Assembly: GCA_964502835.1 (NCBI GenBank)
Contig: CAZCYF010000002.1
Location: 41,478 to 105,477, forward strand
DNA length: 64,000 nucleotides
Direction: 5' to 3'
From: an uncultured Halobacteriales archaeon
Lineage (GTDB): Archaea; Halobacteriota; Halobacteria; Halobacteriales; SKSH01
Positions 9,999-18,613 of this stretch are shown piece by piece. The notes beneath the pieces were generated by a model. The model saw only the letters and a program-made list of their open reading frames with translations. It was not told the origin of the DNA and searched no databases. The position numbers and the translations under genes were made by a program. Numbering within the stretch: position 1 is the first letter of the stretch; each line of letters opens with the position of its first letter.

Positions 9999-10720
9999 TC
10001 GACGAGATCGCGTTCCTGGCGCTCGCGCTGCTCGGTTGCCCGTTCGAGGGCGCGCTCGGCCGCCTCGTGCTCGCCGAGCTCCTCGAGGACCTCCACCTTC
10101 AACTCAAGGACCTGTCGTTCGCGCATCCCGAGGCGCTCCGCGTTCTCGAGGGCGAGTTGGGCGTCCTCGTAGAGCCCACGTTCGGCGGCCAGAAACGCGC
10201 GGTTGTACCATGCCTGCGGGAGGTGGGCGTCGCGCTCGACCGCCCGCTCGGCGTGGTTAAGGGCCTCCTCGTCGTGGCCGGCCTCCCACAGTGCATACGC
10301 CAGGTTCGTCTCTGCAGTGGCGGCGTGTTCGCTTGTGGCGTCGATGGCGAGCGCCTCACGGTAGGCGCCGATCGCGGCATCGAACTCCTCGAGCTGGCCG
10401 TGGGCGACGCCCTTGTTCGTCCAGGCCTCCTGCTCGATCGATGGGTCCTCGGCGAACCGCGCGGCCCGCTCGAACGCGTCCGCCGCCTGTTCGAACCGGT
10501 TGATCTGCATGTAGCCAATGCCCACCTCGATCAGCGTCTCGGCGTCGATCTCCTCGTCTGGGAGGGTCGAGTCGTCGAGGAGGTCCGGGATGACACGCGA
10601 GTCGACCGGGTCGATCCGCTCGGTGTCGACATCGAGCACCGGAGGGTCGATGTCGAACGCCTCGTACGGGGAGTCGAACCCCTCGCCGGTTGAGAACTCG
10701 TGGCGCTCCCGGTCGTCCAT
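9995..10720 (-). CDS. TPR repeat protein
   Basis: Repeated A-x-x-x-Y/F...A 34-residue units (FEQAADAFERAARF, AIGAYREALAID, ALNHAERAVERD) after an acidic N-terminus. Inner ATG 10720; the upstream 197 codons of the track ORF are junk. Confidence 0.75.
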   Translation of the reverse strand: MDDRERHEFSTGEGFDSPYEAFDIDPPVLDVDTERIDPVDSRVIPDLLDDSTLPDEEIDAETLIEVGIGYMQINRFEQAADAFERAARFAEDPSIEQEAWTNKGVAHGQLEEFDAAIGAYREALAIDATSEHAATAETNLAYALWEAGHDEEALNHAERAVERDAHLPQAWYNRAFLAAERGLYEDAQLALENAERLGMRERQVLELKVEVLEELGEHEAAERALERATEQRERQERDLVE

Positions 10721-10802
10721 GCCCTGTGATTGGTCATGGGTCGTCAAAAGGACTCCGCACGCCACCGAAGCACTTTCCGCGAGCGCGGCCCCTGGCCGTC
10801 TT

Positions 10803-11366
10803 ATGCGACTGTTCGTGAGCGTGGACCTGCCCGACGGTCTCGCCTCCGCCGTTTCGGAGGTCCAGTCCCTGTTCGCGGATGCCGATGGGGTCAGACCCGT
10901 CGATCCCGAGCAGGCCCACGTCACGCTGAAGTTCCTCGGCGAGGTCGACGGCGATCGCGTCGACGACATCCTCGAGGGGCTTGACACGGCCGTCGATCGT
11001 GCCGCGGTCGAGCCATTCGAGGTGCACCTGAACGGACTCGGCGTCTTTCCCGACCTCGAGTACATCAGTGTGATCTGGGTCGGGACGGATCGCGGCGGCA
11101 ATGAGTTGACGACCCTGCACGAGGCCGTCGAGGCCGAACTCGTCGACCGTGGCTTCGACCCCGAGGAGCACAGCTTCACGCCACACGTAACGATCGCCCG
11201 GATGGACCATGCCGGGGGGAAGTCGCTCGTGCAACGCGTCGTTCGCGAGCACTCGCCTGCGGTCGGCCGCTTCGATGTCGAGGCGATCAGCCTGACCGAG
11301 AGCACTCTCACCCCCTCGGGACCGGCCTACGAGCCGGTCGAAACCGTCTCGTTGCCCACCCAGTGA
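10803..11366 (+). CDS. thpR: RNA 2',3'-cyclic phosphodiesterase (2H phosphoesterase, ThpR/LigT type)
   Basis: Two H-x-T/S motifs (AHVTLKFLG and PHVTIAR). Inner ATG of track ORF 10518..11366. Confidence 0.8.
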   Translation: MRLFVSVDLPDGLASAVSEVQSLFADADGVRPVDPEQAHVTLKFLGEVDGDRVDDILEGLDTAVDRAAVEPFEVHLNGLGVFPDLEYISVIWVGTDRGGNELTTLHEAVEAELVDRGFDPEEHSFTPHVTIARMDHAGGKSLVQRVVREHSPAVGRFDVEAISLTESTLTPSGPAYEPVETVSLPTQ

Positions 11367-11448
11367 CGGTGGTGTCCCGGCTCCACGCAGCGGTGTGCGC
11401 GTCGAAGGGACAGGATTTTACCCCGGCAGCCGGTAGCGCCGTCCAGTT

Positions 11449-11601
11449 ATGGGTAAGTCCTCGAAGGCGCAAAAGAAGCGCCTCGCCAAACGGACTCGAC
11501 AGAACACACGCGTCCCGGCGTGGGTCATCATGAAGACCGGGCGGGAGGTCCAGCGCAATCCGAAACGCCGCAGCTGGCGGCGCCATGACCTCGACGAGTG
11601 A
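11449..11601 (+). CDS. rpl39e: 50S ribosomal protein L39e
   Basis: 50-aa ORF, not in the track because it is under 60 aa: [50 protein letters not shown]. Closely resembles Haloarcula L39e. Confidence 0.9.
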   Translation: MGKSSKAQKKRLAKRTRQNTRVPAWVIMKTGREVQRNPKRRSWRRHDLDE

Positions 11602-11604
11602 CCG

Positions 11605-11886
11605 ATGAGCGCGAGTGACTTCGAGGAGCGGATCGTGACCGTCCCACTCAGAGACGCCCACGCGGCCCCGAGCGACGAACGCGCCGACCGCGCCATGCGC
11701 ATCATTCGGACGCATCTCGCCAGGCACTTCTCCGTCGAGGAGTCGCAGGTGCGCCTCGACCCGTCGATCAACGAAGCAGTGTGGGAACAAGGCCGCTCGA
11801 ACCCACCTCGTCGATTGCGGGTTCGTGCAGCCAGGTTCCAGGAGGCGGGGGAAGGGATCGTCGAGGCGGAATACGCCGCCACGTGA
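11605..11886 (+). CDS. rpl31e: 50S ribosomal protein L31e
   Basis: Track ORF: MSASDFEERIVTVPLRDA...INEAVWEQGRSNPPRRLRVRA. Conserved position after rpl39e. Confidence 0.9.
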   Translation: MSASDFEERIVTVPLRDAHAAPSDERADRAMRIIRTHLARHFSVEESQVRLDPSINEAVWEQGRSNPPRRLRVRAARFQEAGEGIVEAEYAAT

Positions 11887-11887
11887 C

Positions 11888-12553
11888 GTGCTTCGGACGA
11901 CCCTGCAGGGCTCCCAATACGTCGGCGTCTACGCCCATGCCGCCGACCACGGCTGCCTCGTCGGAGGGCCCGTCGATGACGCCACCGTGGAGGCCATCGG
12001 TTCGGAGGTCGGGACCGCGGTCCATCCCTGCACCGTCGGTGGGGCGGCCACCGTCGGCGCCCTCGTCGCCTCGAACGCATCGGGCATCGTCGTCAGCGGT
12101 CGGCTCACCACCGGAGAGCGTGAGACGGTGGCCGCCGCGACCGAGGGACCTCTCGGCGAGCTGCCGGGGCGAATCAACGCGGCCGGCAACTGCCTCCTCG
12201 TGAACGACAGCGGGGCGATCGCGCATCCCGACTTGCGCGATTCGGCGGTGGCCGTCGTCGAGGAGACCCTCGACGTCGCCGTGGAGCGGATGTCCATCGG
12301 TGGCGTCAAGACCGTGGGCACGGCGGCGGTCGCGACCGAGCGGGGCGTATTGTGTCACCCGAAGGTTACCGACGAGGAGCTCGACCGCATCGAGGCTGCC
12401 CTCGAGGTTCGGGCCGACGTGGGGACGGTCAACTACGGGTCGCCGCTGGTGGGATCGGGCCTCGTCGCCAACGAGACCGGGTTCGTCGTGGGCCAGGATA
12501 CGACCGGCCCGGAGCTCGGTCGGATCGAGGAGGCGCTCGGGTTTCTCGCGTAG
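11888..12553 (+). CDS. eif6: translation initiation factor 6 (aIF6)
   Basis: (V)LRTTLQGSQYVGVYAHA...GTVNYGSPLVGSGLVAN. GTG start at 11888, directly after the rpl31e stop. The track start at 11825 would overlap rpl31e. Confidence 0.85.
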   Translation: MLRTTLQGSQYVGVYAHAADHGCLVGGPVDDATVEAIGSEVGTAVHPCTVGGAATVGALVASNASGIVVSGRLTTGERETVAAATEGPLGELPGRINAAGNCLLVNDSGAIAHPDLRDSAVAVVEETLDVAVERMSIGGVKTVGTAAVATERGVLCHPKVTDEELDRIEAALEVRADVGTVNYGSPLVGSGLVANETGFVVGQDTTGPELGRIEEALGFLA

Positions 12554-12648
12554 ACTCCCCGTTTAGGAAGATACTTCCATCGGCCGACCCGAGCCGCGCC
12601 CATGCAAGACGCCGGATGTGCAACCGTCCGAACGACGAGGTGGGTTCG

Positions 12649-13083
12649 ATGAGCGGAGCCGAGCGCGATGCCAGAGAGATGAGCCAGGAGCTGCAGGCCA
12701 TCCAGGCCGAGATCCAAGAGCTCACCCGGGAGCGCGAGAGCCTTCGCGCCACCCTCGAGAACCTCGAGGGAGCGGTCGACGCCCTCGAGCGGCTCGAAAG
12801 TGACTCGACGGTCCAGGTGCCACTCGGTGGGTCTGCGTACGTGCGCGCTTCGATCGAGGACATCGACGAGGTCATCGTCGATATCGGGGGCGGGTTTTCA
12901 GCACAACGCGACCGGGATGGGGCCATCTCGACGCTACGCGAGCGACAGGATACCGTCGAGCAACAGATCGAGGAGATGACCGAACGACTCGGCGAGCTCC
13001 AGTCGGAAAGCGGTGACCTCGAACAGCAGCTCCAACAGGTGGCCGCTGCCCAGCAGCGACAGTTCGAGGGTCAACAGGGCTGA
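12649..13083 (+). CDS. pfdA: prefoldin subunit alpha
   Basis: Coiled coil - beta hairpins (VQVPLGGSAYVRASI..VIVDIGGGF) - coiled coil. Inner ATG of track ORF 12352..13083. Confidence 0.85.
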   Translation: MSGAERDAREMSQELQAIQAEIQELTRERESLRATLENLEGAVDALERLESDSTVQVPLGGSAYVRASIEDIDEVIVDIGGGFSAQRDRDGAISTLRERQDTVEQQIEEMTERLGELQSESGDLEQQLQQVAAAQQRQFEGQQG

Positions 13084-13090
13084 GCGGACC

Positions 13091-14071
13091 ATGTTCGACC
13101 GCCTGTCGAATGCGCTGTCGTCGTTCCGAGAGGGGGTCGACGAGTCCGTCGCGGATGAGGCACCGGAGGCGGCCGACGATGAGGGTGCCCCGGGCCTCGG
13201 CGAACGGGCGAAGTCCTTCGCTCGTGGCCGGGTCATCCTCGACGAGGACGACGTCGCGGGTGCCCTCGACGAGCTCGAGCGGGCCCTGCTCGCCGGAGAC
13301 GTCGCCGTGGATGCGGCCGAGGAGATCGTTGCGTCGGTCAAGGCCGACCTGGTCGGCGAGTCACTGGCCATCACCAAAAGCCCCGGAACCGTCGCCGCCG
13401 ACGCCGTGCGCGAATCCCTCGTCGAGGTAATGGCGGTCGGCCAGTTCGACATCGACGAGCGCCTTGCGTCGATGGATCGACCCGGGACGATCCTGTTCAC
13501 CGGCGTAAACGGGGTGGGCAAGACGACGACCATCGCCAAGGTCGCCAGGTATCTCCGCGAGCGGGACTACAGCGTGGTGCTCGCCAACGGGGACACCTAC
13601 CGTGCGGGTGCGACCGAGCAGCTCGCCGAGCACGCCGAGGCGCTGGGTCTCCGGGTGATCGAACACGAGCGTGGCGGCGATCCGGCGGCCGTAATCTACG
13701 ACGCCAAGGAGTATGCGAGCGCGAACGACGTCGATTTCGTCCTGGCGGACACGGCCGGTCGCCTGCATACGAGCGACGACCTCATGTCCCAGTTGGACAA
13801 GATCGACCGGGTGGTCGACCCCGCGTTGACCCTGTTCGTCGACGAGGCCGTCGCCGGCCAGGACGCCATTCGCCGGGCGAAGGAGTTCAACGAGGCGGCC
13901 CAGATCGACGGGATCGTCCTGACGAAGGCCGACGCGGATACGAGCGGTGGGGCCGCCATTTCGGTGGCGAAGGTGACGGGCAAACCGGTTCTCTTTCTCG
14001 GAACGGGCCAGGGATACGACGACCTCGAGCGGTTCAATCCGGACACCATCGCCGAGCGGCTGCTCGGATGA
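13091..14071 (+). CDS. ftsY: signal recognition particle receptor FtsY
   Basis: Acidic N-terminal domain, then NG domain with GVNGVGKTTT, DTAGR and TKADAD motifs. Confidence 0.9.
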   Translation: MFDRLSNALSSFREGVDESVADEAPEAADDEGAPGLGERAKSFARGRVILDEDDVAGALDELERALLAGDVAVDAAEEIVASVKADLVGESLAITKSPGTVAADAVRESLVEVMAVGQFDIDERLASMDRPGTILFTGVNGVGKTTTIAKVARYLRERDYSVVLANGDTYRAGATEQLAEHAEALGLRVIEHERGGDPAAVIYDAKEYASANDVDFVLADTAGRLHTSDDLMSQLDKIDRVVDPALTLFVDEAVAGQDAIRRAKEFNEAAQIDGIVLTKADADTSGGAAISVAKVTGKPVLFLGTGQGYDDLERFNPDTIAERLLG

Positions 14072-14117
14072 GCCCGTCGACAAGCCTTTAATCGGCGCCA
14101 CCTCCTAGCCGCCATCG

Positions 14118-15494
14118 ATGGTCCTCGACGAACTCGGCGGGTCGTTACGCGAGACGCTCCGATCGATCCGTGGACAGGGCCGACTCGACGAGGAGGACGT
14201 CGAGGCGATCGTGAAGGACATCCAGCGGTCACTGCTGCAGGCGGACGTCGACGTGGACCTGGTGATGGACCTCTCCGAGTCCATCCGGTCGCGAAGCCTT
14301 GAGGAGGAGCCGCCGGCGGGGACGCCCGTTCACGACCACGTCCTTCGGATCGTCTACGAGGAGCTCGTCGACATCGTCGGCGAGAGCACGTCGTTGCCGC
14401 TCGAACCGCAGGTCATCATGCTCGCCGGGTTGCAGGGTTCGGGCAAGACCACCACCGCCGCCAAGGTGGCGTGGTGGTTCGACCGCAAAGGCCTGACCAG
14501 TGCCGTCGTGCAGACCGACACGTTCCGGCCGGGCGCCTACGAGCAGGCGGAGGAGATGGCCGAACAGGCGGACGTCGCCTTTTACGGCGATCCGGACGCG
14601 GACGACCCGGTCGAAATCGCGCGCGACGGCCTCGATGCGGTCGGCGACGCCGAGGTGGTCGTGGTCGACACCGCCGGGCGTCACGGGCTCGAGGACGAAC
14701 TTATCGCCGAGATGACGGAAATCGAGGCGACCGTCGAGCCGGACGCCAACTTGCTCGTGCTCGACGCGGCGATCGGCCAGGGCGCCCGCGAGCAGGCCCG
14801 ACAGTTCGAGGATGCCGTCGGGATCGACGGCGTGGTAATCACGAAGCTCGACGGGACCGCCAAAGGGGGAGGGGCGCTGACGGCCGTCGCCGAAACCGAC
14901 TCGACGATCGCCTTCCTCGGCACCGGCGAGACGGTGCGCGACATCGAGCGCTTCGAGCCCGGTGGCTTCATTTCACGGCTGCTCGGGATGGGCGACCTGG
15001 AGCAACTCGCCGAGCGCGTCGAGCGGGCGATGGCCGAGTCCGACACCGACGAGGAGGACTGGGATCCGGAGTCCATCCTCGAGGGGGAGTTCACCCTGAT
15101 CGACATGCGCAATCAGCTGGAGGCGATGCAGAACATGGGCCCGCTCGATCAGGTGATGGACATGATCCCGGGGTTGGGCTCGAATCTCCGCGATCAGCTG
15201 CCAGACGAGGCGATGGACGTGACCTCCGAGCGCCTTTGGGAGTTTCGCGTCGCCATGGACTCGATGACCGACGCGGAACTGCGCGATCCGTCGATGATCG
15301 GCCAGAGCCGACTGGAACGGATCGCCCGCGGCAGCGGCGTCAGCAAAGGCGTCATCCGCGAGCTGTTGGAGCAACACCGGATGATGGACCGCACGCTCAA
15401 CCAGTTTCAGGGCATGGGCGAAGCCGACATGCAACGCATGATGAAGCGCCTGCAACAACAGGGTGGCGGGGGCGGTCTCGGTCCCTTTGGTTAA
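14118..15494 (+). CDS. srp54: signal recognition particle protein SRP54
   Basis: [29 protein letters not shown] and a Met-rich M domain at the C-terminus. Confidence 0.95.
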   Translation: MVLDELGGSLRETLRSIRGQGRLDEEDVEAIVKDIQRSLLQADVDVDLVMDLSESIRSRSLEEEPPAGTPVHDHVLRIVYEELVDIVGESTSLPLEPQVIMLAGLQGSGKTTTAAKVAWWFDRKGLTSAVVQTDTFRPGAYEQAEEMAEQADVAFYGDPDADDPVEIARDGLDAVGDAEVVVVDTAGRHGLEDELIAEMTEIEATVEPDANLLVLDAAIGQGAREQARQFEDAVGIDGVVITKLDGTAKGGGALTAVAETDSTIAFLGTGETVRDIERFEPGGFISRLLGMGDLEQLAERVERAMAESDTDEEDWDPESILEGEFTLIDMRNQLEAMQNMGPLDQVMDMIPGLGSNLRDQLPDEAMDVTSERLWEFRVAMDSMTDAELRDPSMIGQSRLERIARGSGVSKGVIRELLEQHRMMDRTLNQFQGMGEADMQRMMKRLQQQGGGGGLGPFG

Positions 15495-15898
15495 TCCTCG
15501 CGTGCCTCCCCGTCGGCCGCGGCGCCGGTCAGCCAGTCGACGAGGCGGACCGGATCGGGCTGTTCGACCCGGATCGCGACCGACAGCGGGCCGAGCTCCC
15601 CAGGGTGATCGAGGCCGAAGTTGGCGACTCCAGCCGCGGCCGCTTGCTTGTCCAACGTGAAGGTGATCGTGTCACCCTCGAGCCCATTGAGCAGGTGGCT
15701 CCGGGCGGCCTCCTGGATGCGCTGTCTCGCGAACGCCTCCGCCAGCTGGTCGAGGGAGTGTGAGGTGGCGATGAGCTCACCCTCACCGTGTTCGACCGCC
15801 GCCGCGGGAAAGAGCTGGTGCACGGCCGCGGCGACACGATCGGCCTCCTCGGTCGGACGGACGGGGGCGACGACCTCGACGTCGACGCGGTAGATCAC
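15491..15898 (-). CDS. conserved archaeal RNA-binding-fold protein (UPF0201-like)
   Basis: 135-aa [20 protein letters not shown].... Its 4-nt start/stop overlap with the upstream P-loop gene matches a pairing I recall from other archaea. Confidence 0.55.
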   Translation of the reverse strand: MIYRVDVEVVAPVRPTEEADRVAAAVHQLFPAAAVEHGEGELIATSHSLDQLAEAFARQRIQEAARSHLLNGLEGDTITFTLDKQAAAAGVANFGLDHPGELGPLSVAIRVEQPDPVRLVDWLTGAAADGEARED

Positions 15899-16449
15899 GC
15901 CGAGGACCCTCCGGTGAGAATCGACTCGACCGTCCGATGAAACGTGGTGAGATCGTCGTTGTTGTCCACGTGCACGTCGGCGCGCTCGATCGCTTCATCC
16001 ATACCATACCCGCGTTCCCGCCGGTCGCGCTCACGGAGGTCGGCGGCCTCGGTCGCCGTGCGGTCGCGCCCGCGTGCACGGACGCGCTCCAGTCGGACCT
16101 CGAAGGGCGCCTCGATGGCGATGAGCTCGAACGCATCGCCGAGCTCGGCCCGGAACCGGTTCACCTCGGCGAGGTTGCGAATGCCATCAATCAGGACGGC
16201 CCCGTAGGCGCCATGCGTGGCGCGGACCAACGGGAGACAGCGGTGGGCGATCGCATCCGGACCGGTGCGGTCGCGAAGGGCCGAGGCAACCTGGCCGAGG
16301 TTCGACTCGGTGAGTGGCAATCCACGGCCGCGACAGGCGCGACGGACCGCGTCTCCCATGGTGACCACCGGAACACCGGTTGATCGCGCTACGGTGGCGA
16401 CCTCCCCCTTGCCGCTGGCGGGGTAGCCGACCGTCGCAAAGACCGTCAT
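15895..16449 (-). CDS. P-loop kinase-like protein (UPF0200 / dephospho-CoA-kinase-like)
   Basis: P-loop GYPASGKG. Inner ATG 16449; the track ORF extension to 16545 would run into the tRNA gene. Confidence 0.6.
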   Translation of the reverse strand: MTVFATVGYPASGKGEVATVARSTGVPVVTMGDAVRRACRGRGLPLTESNLGQVASALRDRTGPDAIAHRCLPLVRATHGAYGAVLIDGIRNLAEVNRFRAELGDAFELIAIEAPFEVRLERVRARGRDRTATEAADLRERDRRERGYGMDEAIERADVHVDNNDDLTTFHRTVESILTGGSSA

Positions 16450-16539
16450 TACTCGTCGAGACCGGCTCGGCGCGCATAAACGGTGCCAAATGCGACGACC
16501 GGACTGCTTTTGGTCTACCCTACCCAGGATGCTCGCCAA

Positions 16540-16644
16540 GGGCACGTAGCTCAGCCCGGATAGAGCGTCGGACTTCTAATTCGGTGGCCGAGTGGCACCG
16601 GAGGAGACATCCGATGGTCGTGGGTTCGAATCCCATCGTGCCCG
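16540..16644 (+). tRNA. tRNA-Arg(UCU) with a 30-nt intron in the anticodon loop
   Basis: Hand fold: acceptor GGGCACG/CGTGCCC, D stem GCTC/GAGC, anticodon stem TCGGA/TCCGA, loop CTTCTAA (anticodon TCT at 16575-16577), T arm GTGGG-TTCGAAT-CCCAT, discriminator G. The intron (~16580-16609) interrupts after the loop and folds into its own hairpin. CCA is not encoded. Confidence 0.75.
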
Positions 16645-16768
16645 TCCCGATTCGGGCGAGCCGTCGGGTGCTCGAGACGTGTTGGTGCCCCTCTTCGGCC
16701 ATCCATGGAGGGCATGCGGGGTGCGGACCGGACCGAGCGACGCCGGCCGGCGGCAGGTGACCTCTGCG

Positions 16769-16777
16769 TTTTTTTAT
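16769..16777 (+). promoter_or_regulatory. TATA-like element for small ORF 16800
   Basis: TTTTTTTAT is centred ~26 nt upstream of ATG 16800, the typical haloarchaeal leaderless geometry. Confidence 0.4.
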
Positions 16778-16799
16778 CTCGAGTCACGGAACTGCCCCC

Positions 16800-17027
16800 A
16801 TGTCCCCGCGAAATCGTGCCCGCGTCACCCGACGCGATGTCCTCGTCGGTATCACCATTTCGCTCCTCGTGATGTCGGTGCTCTGGCTACAAACAGATGG
16901 TTACCCCGAACTATCGACTCCACAGCGGCTGAGCGTGTTCGCGACGGGTGCAGCCGCGACGGTACTCAGTGCGATCGGGGTGGCCATTGTGGCCAGACGG
17001 CTCGGTTACCCCGTTTGGGGTGGGTAA
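16800..17027 (+). CDS. small membrane protein (2 TM), hypothetical
   Basis: 75 aa with two hydrophobic helices (VLVGITISLLVMSVLWL; VFATGAAATVLSAIGVAIVA). A canonical TATA sits ~26 nt upstream. Confidence 0.4.
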   Translation: MSPRNRARVTRRDVLVGITISLLVMSVLWLQTDGYPELSTPQRLSVFATGAAATVLSAIGVAIVARRLGYPVWGG

Positions 17028-17182
17028 GCACCGCCCGACTCCCATTGGAGTACCTCGTCGATTTCGCTGAGCCGGCGGAACCATGAACCTCGTCCCGGTG
17101 GTGAGGGGTGGTGGATTCGTCACCGTCTCCTGACAGGCTCGGTTCCGACGGCATTTTGGCGGACGCTCGCCCCGTATGAACC

Positions 17183-18211
17183 ATGATCGACCTCCGAAGT
17201 GACACCGTCACCCGCCCCGATCCCACGATGCGCGACGCCATCGCCGAGGCCGAGGTGGGCGACGACGTCTACGGGGAGGATCCGACCGTCAACGAGCTCG
17301 AAACCCGTGCGGCCGACATCCTTGGCACCGACGCCGCGCTCTATTGCCCCTCGGGGACGATGGCGAACCAAGTGGCCATCGACGTCTGGACCGAGCCGGG
17401 TCAGGAGCTCCTGCTCGAGGCGGCGTCCCACATTTATCGGTACGAACTGGGTGGTGCCGCCCGGCACGCGGGGGTCCAGACCCGTCCCGTCGACGGGCGG
17501 CCACGCGGCGTACTCCCGCCTGCACGGATCGAGGAACACCTCACCGAACAGGCGTTGCACGTGGCGGGAACGGGATTGGTCGCCCTCGAGAACACCCACA
17601 ACAACTACGGCGGTCGTGCCATCGAGCCGGCAGCGATCGCCGGCGCGGCCGAGGTGGCCCACGAGGCTGGCGTCCCGGTCCATCTCGACGGGGCCAGACT
17701 CTGGAACGCGGCGGCCGCCCAGCACATCGCGCCCGCAACGTTCGTCGATCACGTCGACTCGGTGATGGTGTCTCTCTCGAAAGGACTTGGCGCGCCGGTG
17801 GGATCCATCCTCGCTGGACCACGCGGGTTCATCGACGAGGCAAGACGCTCGCGAAAGGGCTTCGGTGGCGGCATGCGTCAGGCCGGCGTGCTGGCAGCCG
17901 CCGGCCTCGTCGGGCTCGATCGCCGCCAGTCGGTCCGCGCGGACCACGAACGGGCGTCACGGTTGGCCGAGGGAATGACGGCGATCGACGGTCTCGACGT
18001 CGTGCACCCGGAGACCAACATCGTCGTAGCCGACCTCGATCCGGTGGTCGCCGACGCCGAGGCATGGTTGGCCACCGGCGAGGACATCGGCATCCTCGGC
18101 ACCGACGTCGGTCCCCAAACGCTACGGTACGTGACCCACCGTGACGTGGACGACGACGCCATCGAGACGGCGGTCGAACGACTCAACGAGGTTCGCGGGC
18201 GGTTCGACTAG
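17183..18211 (+). CDS. ltaE: low-specificity L-threonine aldolase
   Basis: IDLRSDTVTRP, EVGDDVYGEDPT, SGTMANQ and SLSKGLGAP (PLP lysine). Confidence 0.85.
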   Translation: MIDLRSDTVTRPDPTMRDAIAEAEVGDDVYGEDPTVNELETRAADILGTDAALYCPSGTMANQVAIDVWTEPGQELLLEAASHIYRYELGGAARHAGVQTRPVDGRPRGVLPPARIEEHLTEQALHVAGTGLVALENTHNNYGGRAIEPAAIAGAAEVAHEAGVPVHLDGARLWNAAAAQHIAPATFVDHVDSVMVSLSKGLGAPVGSILAGPRGFIDEARRSRKGFGGGMRQAGVLAAAGLVGLDRRQSVRADHERASRLAEGMTAIDGLDVVHPETNIVVADLDPVVADAEAWLATGEDIGILGTDVGPQTLRYVTHRDVDDDAIETAVERLNEVRGRFD

Positions 18212-18333
18212 CGGTCCTCCTCGAACCCCTCACGGAAGCCGAGGATCGTCCGCCGGAGCAAGAAGAACAGGAACAAAATGACGAGCAACAGGACCAGCAG
18301 GATACCGACCACGACGAGGTCCACTGACGCCAT
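18208..18333 (-). CDS. 41-aa single-TM micro-protein, hypothetical
   Basis: Not in the track. MASVDLVVVGILLVLLLVILFLFFLLRRTILGFREGFEEDR. Strong TATA (TTTTTATTT, plus coords 18357-18366) lies ~28 nt upstream of the ATG. Its stop overlaps the ltaE stop codon. Confidence 0.4.
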   Translation of the reverse strand: MASVDLVVVGILLVLLLVILFLFFLLRRTILGFREGFEEDR

Positions 18334-18356
18334 ACACACTGGTGATCTTGGGGGTG

Positions 18357-18366
18357 AAATAAAAAT
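18357..18366 (-). promoter_or_regulatory. TATA box for micro-protein 18333
   Basis: AT-rich block in otherwise GC-rich DNA, at the correct spacing to the ATG. Confidence 0.45.
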
Positions 18367-18386
18367 GTGAGCCTGCGATCCTGCCG

Positions 18387-18404
18387 GTAAAATCGAGGTT
18401 TTAC
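18387..18404. promoter_or_regulatory. perfect inverted repeat GTAAAA-N6-TTTTAC
   Basis: GTAAAATCGAGGTTTTAC, immediately upstream (minus-strand sense) of the TATA box. Possible regulator site. Confidence 0.25.
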
Positions 18405-18507
18405 TTAACGCTGGTTTAACTTACCAACCCGACTAACGGACTACCGGGAGCCGAAATCGGTTCCCAGCTGCCCTCCGTGGTCACCGACCACCCCAACCGC
18501 CCGAACA

Positions 18508-18535
18508 CCCCTCGGCCGGCCCACCCCACCCCCCC
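18508..18535 (-). other. G-quadruplex-type G-run cluster (minus strand)
   Basis: Plus strand CCCC-N8-CCC-A-CCCC-A-CCCCCCC. It lies in the 3' flank of the 2H phosphoesterase gene. Confidence 0.3.
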
Positions 18536-18613
18536 TGGCCGGTCGTCGCACTCCCCGCTGCCCCCGAGATCGGCCCAGCAACCCCCTCCCAGTTTTTCCT
18601 TGTGTTGTCCGAC

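Noticed and set aside
12554-12648. Expected a small ribosomal protein gene (LX/L18Ae-type) between eif6 and pfdA, as in some archaeal versions of this cluster.
   Set aside because: The spacer is only 95 nt and contains no adequate ORF, so the gene is simply not here.
18441-18613. SRP (7S) RNA or RNase P RNA in the G-rich spacer; ftsY and srp54 are in the same window.
   Set aside because: It is too short for RNase P RNA and lacks the GAGGAAAGTCC-type core. I could not find the conserved helix-8 SRP RNA motifs or a long closing helix. It is kept only as an unexplained structured spacer.
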